Source: Octopus bimaculoides
Taxonomy: Eukaryota
Length of the DNA stretch: 57,558 bases
Assembly: GCF_001194135.2 (NCBI RefSeq)
Contig: NC_068991.1
Span: 66,723,741-66,781,298 of the forward strand
Direction: 5' to 3'
This document shows positions 50,760 through 57,558 of this stretch, piece by piece (positions within the stretch are counted from its first letter, which is position 1; every line of letters starts with the position of its first letter). The notes below the pieces were generated by a model that searched no databases, was not told the DNA's origin, and saw only the letters and a program-made list of their open reading frames with translations. A program made the position numbers and the translations under genes.

Positions 50760-51360
50760 GTATATATAAGGATTAATGCGAGTTGGTGCTTCTGGTGATG
50801 AATTACGCGTATGTCGTTAGAGATGACACTGGTTGAGATATTTAATGCGTGTTGTTGACGTTGTTGTCTGCGATGATATTTGATTTATGGTTGTTCTCCT
50901 GTTAATGGTGATGTTGATTGATGACTACGTTGTTTGGTGTTGTTGGTGGTGGTGATTGACGTGTGTATTGTTTTGATGGTGATAATGATGGTGGTAGGGT
51001 GTATTGATATATTGTAGTCAGCGGTGGCGATGGGATGAATGCATATCTTGTTGATGGTGGTGGTATTGGTGGTGATGGTGGTAGTAATGATTTATATGTT
51101 ATGTTTTTGTTGGTAAACGATGACTGATGTACTTTCGGTGGTTATGATTGACGTATTTGCGTTGCTGACGATGGTGATTGATGTACATGATGTTGATGTT
51201 AGCGGTAATGGTACAGGTGAATGTTGATGTTGATGCTGATGCCCGTAGTTGGGGCGGTAGTGACGATGATGACTGATGTGTCCGATGTTAGTGATGGTGG
51301 TAGTGGTGACAGTGGTTGATATGTGTTGCTGTTGTTTGTGGTGGTGGTGGTGAGTTATGG
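50760..51360. repeat. Degenerate (GTT/GAT/GGT)n low-complexity tract
   Basis: Period-3 G-x-T mosaic; a similar tract lies at ~49000-49370. Confidence 0.8.
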
Positions 51361-51368
51361 TGGTACTG

Positions 51369-51639
51369 TTTTACTCTTTCACTTGTTTCAGTCATTTGAC
51401 TGCGGCCATGCTGGAGCACCGCCTTTAGTCGAGCAAATCGACCCCCAGGACTTATTCTTTGGAAGCCTAGTACTTATTCTATCGGTTTTTTTGCCGAACC
51501 GCTAAGTTACGGGGACGTAAACACACCAGCATCGGTTGTCAAGCGATGTTGGGGGGGACAAACACAGACACACAAACACGCACATACACNNNNNNNNNNN
51601 NNNNNNNNNNNNNNNNNNNNNNNNNNNNNNNNNNNNNNN

Positions 51640-51676
<37 letters not shown>

Positions 51677-51840
51677 TACGACAGGCTTCTTTCAGTTTCC
51701 GTCTACCAAATCCACTACAAGGCTTTGGTCGGCCCGAGGCTATAGTAGAAGACACTTGCCCAAGGTGCCATGCAGTGGGACTGAACCCGGAACCATGTGG
51801 TTGGTAAGCAAGTTACTTTCCACACAGCCACTCCTGCGCC
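51369..51840 (-). mobile_element. SINE A1, full length, young (gap in internal microsatellite)
   Basis: Near-identical reverse complement of 55202-55604. Confidence 0.92.
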
Positions 51841-52049
51841 TCACTGGTAGTGAGTGATGTGTTGCTGTTGCTGTTTTCTTTTTGTTGTTGTTGTTAGTGG
51901 TTGAGGTGGTGGCAGTGTTTGATGCTGTTGTTATTGTTGTTTAACTCCAAATCACCTTTGATCCAGCAGACCTTTTGATAAAAGATATTCCTTTTATGAC
52001 CATTCCATCGTTTTTTCTTTCTTTCTTTGCATACAGCATATTTAATAAC

Positions 52050-52205
52050 TATGTTAGGAAGGGCATCCAGCTGTAGAAACTCTGCCAAATCAGATTGGAG
52101 CCTGGTGTCGTCTCCTGGTCCACCAGTCCTCAGTCAAATCGTCCAACCCATGCTAGCATGGAAAGCGGACGTTAAACGACGATGATGATGATGATGATGA
52201 TGATG
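52050..52205 (+). mobile_element. RTE 3' tail, short
   Basis: gttaggaagggcatccagctgtag...ggacgttaaacgacgatgatg; another copy at ~53050-53207. Confidence 0.85.
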
Positions 52206-52761
52206 TTATCCAGTCTATCCTTCTTTTATAAGACTGAAAGGCAAAGATCAGCAACATGTTGGCCATAACCCCCCAAATAGGCCACTGAGGTTTTCTCTGG
52301 AGACCTTGGACTTGTTACCAGTAACATAGCTAGAGGTCTGTGGTTGGGGCCGTCTGCCTTGGACAATACTTTTATGGGGGTGGCACTTTCGGAGTTTGCT
52401 ATATAAGACTGTATAAGAAAACACAAGGGCTGCCCCCAACTGGCACATATTCACACTCCTCCATTTTTAGAAAATTTTAAAAATTTAATGTATTTACGGG
52501 CCAATATTTTTATATCTGATAGGCACAAGGCCTAAAATTTGGCAGGAAGAGCTTATGGACTACATCAACCTCAGTGCATAACCGGTACTTATTTCATCAT
52601 TCCTGAAAAGATGACAGGATTTGAACTCAGAACATAAAGACAGACAAAATGTTTCCCAACCACATGGTTTCAGCTTCAGTCCTACTGCATGGCACCTTGG
52701 GCTAGTGTCTTCTGTAGCCCTGGGCCAACCATAGCCTTGTGAGTGGATTTGGTAGACAGAA

Positions 52762-52995
52762 AAGGTGACGAGCTGGCAGAAACGTTAGCATGCCGGGCGA
52801 AATACTTAGTGGTATTATGTCTGGCGTTACATTCTGAGTTCAAATTCCGCTGAGGTCGACTTTGCCTTTCATCTTTTCAGGGTCAATAAATTAAGTACCA
52901 GTTACACACTGGGGTCAATGTAATCAACTTAATCCGTTTGTCTGTCCTTCTTTGTCCCCTCTATGTTTAGCCCCTTGGGGGCAATAAAGAAATAA
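52762..52995 (+). mobile_element. SINE B nested in SINE A
   Basis: Host reads gtggatttggtagacagaa [B] gaaactgaaagaaaccc. Confidence 0.88.
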
Positions 52996-53974
52996 GAAAC
53001 TGAAAGAAACCCATCGTGTGTGTGAGTATGTTGAATATATATATATATAGTGTTGGTGTTAGGAAGGGCATCCAGCTGTAGAAACTCTGCCAAATTTAGA
53101 TTGGAGCCTGGTGTTGCCATCCGGTTTCACCAGTCCTCAGTCAAGTCGTCCAACCCATGCTAGCATGAAAAGCGGACGTTAAACGATGATGATGATGATG
53201 ATGATGATATAGATACAGTACATACACACACACATGTTGAATATTGTTTTATATTTTTTCCAACAGTTTAATCTGTTGTGGCTATATGAAATAATAACAA
53301 TATCTTTTATTAGTCACAGGGGCATAGATGAGGGGGACATCACAAAGACAGACAACAGTTTGTGTGAGGACTTACATAAAGGATGGGGGAAAGAAATGGA
53401 AAAGACAGTGAAATGAGATAAAAGTACACATAGTATACAAAATATGTGATAACATGAACGAGGTAGTCCTCCTGATATAGGAGAAACTCCAAATAGGGTC
53501 AACCAAGGAACCCTATACTCACAGGTGGGGGCCCAGTTAGAATTTTCTTCAGGTCGGGTTCCCCATCCCACTCAAAATGTCTCTGACTAAGGTTTTTTTA
53601 AGGATGTTGAGCAAAACACCCATGTTTCCAAAGGTGAAATATTCAAATCCCAAAGAATTCCTCTCAACACATGGCTATGATACTCCCCCACTACTTCTGC
53701 TCATGATCAGAGATGCACATATTGTCAGCCACCAAGGGACATGCTCAACTGGTTAAGGTTAAACAACTGACAAGCAAATTTGTGATACTGAGCAAAATAT
53801 TTGCTGTAGTCCATCTTTTATACCAAGACAAAGCAATGTACATGATACCACTTCCAATCAATTAAGATCAAAAGCCATGAGAGCCACTGCCTGGTGCTGC
53901 ATCAGGGCATTTATATATATATATATTTTTTTAATAACAATAACAATAATAATTATTATTATTATTATTATTAT

Positions 53975-54704
53975 TTTATGTTTGACTTTTGTTTTGCATT
54001 TGTACAAGTTGGATCCAAGTCTCACCCAGAGACCTCAAGAGACAACAAGTTAGAAGTTTATGTAGGTGTTATGCCTAGGGTACCATATATTTGGATTTGT
54101 ACAGTTTTGTTCAAGTGAATGTTTAAGAAACCATAAGAAAATTATGTGTTTGCTTTAAAATTTGAGATCACATAGACAGTATTTTACGTAGGATATGGGC
54201 ANNNNNNNNNNNNNNNNNNNNNNNNNNNNNNNNNNNNNNNNNNNNNNNNNNNNNNNNNNNNNNNNNNNNNNNNNNNNNNNNNNNNNNNNNNNNNNNNNNN
54301 NNNNNNNNNNNNNNNNNNNNNNNNNNNNNNNNNNNNNNNNNNNNNNNNNNNNNNNNNNNNNNNNNNNNNNNNNNNNNNNNNNNNNNNNNNNNNNNNNNNN
54401 NNNNNNNNNNNNNNNNNNNNNNNNNNNNNNNNNNNNNNNNNNNNNNNNNNNNNNNNNNNNNNNNNNNNNNNNNNNNNNNNNNNNNNNNNNNNNNNNNNNN
54501 NNNNNNNNNNNNNNNNNNNNNNNNNNNNNNNNNNNNNNNNNNNNNNNNNNNNNNNNNNNNNNNNNNNNNNNNNNNNNNNNNNNNNNNNNNNNNNNNNNNN
54601 NNNNNNNNNNNNNNNNNNNNNNNNNNNNNNNNNNNNNNNNNNNNNNNNNNNNNNNNNNNNNNNNNNNNNNNNNNNGCTGTGGTGCTCTTATGTTTACTGT
54701 ATTG

Positions 54705-54706
<2 letters not shown>
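53975..54706 (-). mobile_element. 5'-truncated R4/Dong-like (RLE) non-LTR element in a (TAA)n array, mostly in a gap
   Basis: AHILRKILSM* (54200-54168) matches the GTAHILRKVL-type C-terminus of R4/Dong ORFs; ~190-nt 3' UTR ends in (AAT)n; (ATT)n on both flanks. Confidence 0.65.
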
Positions 54707-54736
<30 letters not shown>

Positions 54737-54749
54737 CATTGTTATTGTT

Positions 54750-54806
<57 letters not shown>

Positions 54807-54845
54807 ATTGTTATTATTATTATTATTATTTTTATTATTATTATT
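54706..54845. repeat. Compound (ATT)n/(GTT)n microsatellite
   Basis: Read directly from the sequence. Confidence 0.95.
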
Positions 54846-55060
54846 GGTAAGCTGGCAGAATTATTAGCATGCCAGGCAAAATTCTTAGTGGCATTTTGTT
54901 CATCTCAATGTTCTGAGTTCAAACTCTGCCGAGGTCGGCTTTGCCTTTTGTCCTTTCAGGGTTGATGAAATGAGTACTTGTTGAGCCCTGGGCCAATGTA
55001 ATTGACTCTCCCCAATCCCCCAAATTTCAGGCCTTGTGCCTATAGTAGAAAGGATTATTA
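54845..55060 (+). mobile_element. SINE B variant in (ATT)n
   Basis: Head aagctggcagaattattagc; tail gccttgtgcctatagtagaaaggattatt. Confidence 0.85.
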
Positions 55061-55201
55061 TAGTTATCGTCATCGTCATCATCGTCGTTGTCATCATCGT
55101 TATTTCTACAGCTGCTATTCCTGTTGATATCTTTCTTCTACTCAGTGTTCTGAGCATAGGGTGAAACAATTAAAATACTAAAAAAAAATGAAAAAACAAT
55201 A

Positions 55202-55604
55202 CATGAGTGGCTGTGTGTTAAGTAGCTTGCTTACCAACCACATGGTTCCGGGTTCAGTCCCACTGCATGGCACCTTGGGCAAGTGTCTTCTACTATAGCC
55301 TCGGGCCGACCAAAGCCTTGTGAGTGGATTTGGTAGACGGAAACTGAAAGAAGCCTGTCATATATATGTATATATATATATGTATGCCTGTGTATATGTG
55401 TCTGTGTTTGTCCCCCCCAACATCGCTTGACAACCGATGCTGGTGTGTTTACGTGCCCGTAATCTAGCAGTTCGGCAAGAGAGACCGATAGAATAAGTAC
55501 TAGGCATCCAAAGAATAAGTCCTGGGGTCGATTTGCTCGACTAAAGGCGGTGCTCCAGCATGGCCACAGTCAAATGACTGAAACAAGTAAAAGAGTAAAA
55601 GAGT
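55202..55604 (+). mobile_element. SINE A1, full length
   Basis: Colinear with other A1 copies. Confidence 0.92.
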
Positions 55605-55947
55605 AAAACAATACATGAGACTGCTGTCTTATTCTTGTGTTGAAATAAATGATTTGAGGTTGACAGGAAGTGGATCCAGATCAGAGGTAATAAAGGTCAG
55701 TGAGAGAAGAAATATTTAACATAGATGTAGAATAAGATTAAAGCTATCTTTGGATATTGTTGGTAGTGTTGTAGTTATTGTTTTGAGGTCAGAATTCAAA
55801 TTTGTTTCCTCCTACTGACAAAAAGAAAATTAGAATTAGATGTGGACGTATTTTCATTCTTGTCTTCTCGTATGTATCTGTGTGCATGTATGTATGTATG
55901 TGTGTATATATACACCCCCCCCCCCACACACACACATATATATATAT

Positions 55948-56430
55948 GTTGGATGGCGAACAAGGGTGTGGAGTGGAGTGAAAGCATTTGAAGAGGCCAG
56001 GATGATGCAAGCAGGGCTCAAGAGACATTTAAGGAAAAAGGTGAAGACTGAGAAGGTGAATGACAAGGACCTTTTTGTGTGCACAGTCTGTGACAGACCA
56101 TGTCTGTCCTTGGCTGGCCTCAAATCTCACCTGCGAACCCATGGAAAACAAACCTCACCCAGCTATTCTGATTATATGTCTGTGCACACGTTTGAATGTG
56201 GTGTGTGCCAGAGGGTTTGCAAATCCAATGGGGGTCTTAAAAGACATGTTAGGATCCACAATGAGCAGAACTTACTTGCAGGTATTGGTAGTGCAAATCA
56301 GAGGTGCAATCTGTGTGGGTGTTTTTTCAAAACACTGTCTGGTTTAAAAAGCCACATCAGACGCCATGAAAGGGCTAAGGTGTAGGTGCAGGAGGTGGTC
56401 AAACTCTGTTTAAGGAGTAGACAACCACCA
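55948..56430 (+). mobile_element. 5'-truncated RTE-clade LINE 3' end encoding three C2H2 zinc fingers (ORF fragment 55948-56385)
   Basis: WRTRVWSGVKAFEEAR...KRHLRK resembles the RTE ORF C-terminal pattern. Three C-x2-C-x12-H-x3-H fingers with GLxxH and no TGEKP linkers; 45-nt 3' UTR; (TA)n on both sides. Confidence 0.75.
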
Positions 56431-56529
56431 TATATATATATATATATATAGTGTGTGTGTGTATAGTCAATTCAAACAACACAGAGAAAAAGAAAAAAAA
56501 AACAAATGTGGGGACGTAGCACAAGTACT

Positions 56530-56790
56530 GTATTAGTATATTGCTCTGATAGATAGATAGACACATACATACATATATACAGACGTACACACATACATAC
56601 ATACATACACACATGCACATATATACATATTTACATATTCATACGTATATATGTATGTATGTGTGTGTGCATATATATATATATATATATATACATATAC
56701 ATACAAATATATAAACACATATATACATATGCATGTATGTATGTATATATGTACTCGCAAATACAATACATACACTTCACACACACACAT
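56530..56790. repeat. Mixed (TA/CA/ATAC)n microsatellite
   Basis: Read directly from the sequence. Confidence 0.9.
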
Positions 56791-57558
56791 TAACATAGGG
56801 TAACGGATGTAAAATGATTATGAGGACGATCACACACACACGCATGCATAGACTCCCTCACACACACCTCACAAATGATTATTTCATTTATATTCTTCAT
56901 CACTTCCACTTTCCAAATTTCCTCTTCTATATGTGAACCTTCTCATACTATTCTCACAGAACCTCACTGCTTGTTTGTTGCATTTTTAATTTCTTTTTAC
57001 TGGCAAAAATCTCTCCTCTCCCTATCACCGCACTCACATCCAACTCTCACCACCGCTAATACCCCACATTCATCAATATCTGCCACCCACACGAACTGAA
57101 CACCATACATCCCACTTAAACAACTCTTGGATCTGTTCAGTTTGGCTCACAGACATTTTAATCAATTTTTTTTAACTAAACAGTTTGAAATTTTGTATAC
57201 TGGTGGAATGTCTCACACAGAACATGGTTTACTTTGAACATTTTTGACAAAATTTGGTATTTTAGAAGTTATTTCATGTTAAAGTTATTGTATTTGGGTA
57301 ATTTCAACCAATCACCAACATGAACCAAACTGAACAGATCCCAAACACTAATCACACAATTCTCCCCATCATCTCAAAAGCACCTCCAATTCTATTCTTT
57401 CCCAGTCACCACATACCTAAAGAGGGACCACTTACCTTGGTTTTGGAGAAGGACAAATTTCTCTAAAATATCATTATTGCTTTTTTTGTTTCTGCTACAG
57501 TAATGTATTTTCATTTGAGTGTTATGTAAATATGTCGTTCAGAAGTCTACAGCTCAAC

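Larger units (their letters stand above)
43050..51350 (-). promoter_or_regulatory. CpG-retaining, SINE-poor domain; candidate promoter/5' region of a minus-strand gene
   Basis: Hand count: about 24 CpG in 43561-44460 versus about 5 in 20581-21800. Strong purine skew with GA/CAG/CAC repeats at 46300-48500; splice-like signals on the minus strand. Confidence 0.55.

Noticed and set aside
53860-53910. HDV-like ribozyme at the end of the unclassified repeat
   Set aside because: A P3/L3-like hairpin can be drawn but no P1 partner strand was found.
55840-56385. 181-aa ORF as a host C2H2 zinc-finger gene
   Set aside because: The first 36 aa are microsatellite read-through; no TGEKP linkers, the upstream motif is RTE-like and both ends abut (TA)n.

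Overview
Eukaryotic, AT-rich, repeat-saturated draft-assembly window with several N gaps. The SINE families and the RTE, mariner and TTAA-MITE content match my recollection of the Octopus genome (species assignment is inference). No intact multi-exon gene, true tRNA/rRNA or CRISPR array is visible, and most listed ORFs are microsatellite or SINE artefacts. Recognisable content: a 5'-truncated CR1/L2-group LINE (4.7-6.2 kb), several RTE LINE pieces including an intact triple-C2H2 C-terminus (55.9-56.4 kb), an R4/Dong-like 3' end inside a (TAA)n array, a decayed Gypsy pol with nested insertions (38.8-41.1 kb), two mariners, one near-full-length DD37D/maT-like transposon, Penelope-like terminal repeats, TTAA and hAT-like MITEs, and dozens of modular tRNA-derived SINEs (my labels A, B, C, E). 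A CpG-retaining, SINE-poor domain (~43-51 kb) looks like a promoter/5' region of an unidentified minus-strand gene, with a candidate first coding exon (MALILDTSQH + GTAAGT). I found no clearly new biological system. The best leads are that domain, a twin-priming-like inverted SINE, two fold-back structures, repeated B-into-A SINE nesting, and the zinc-finger RTE.
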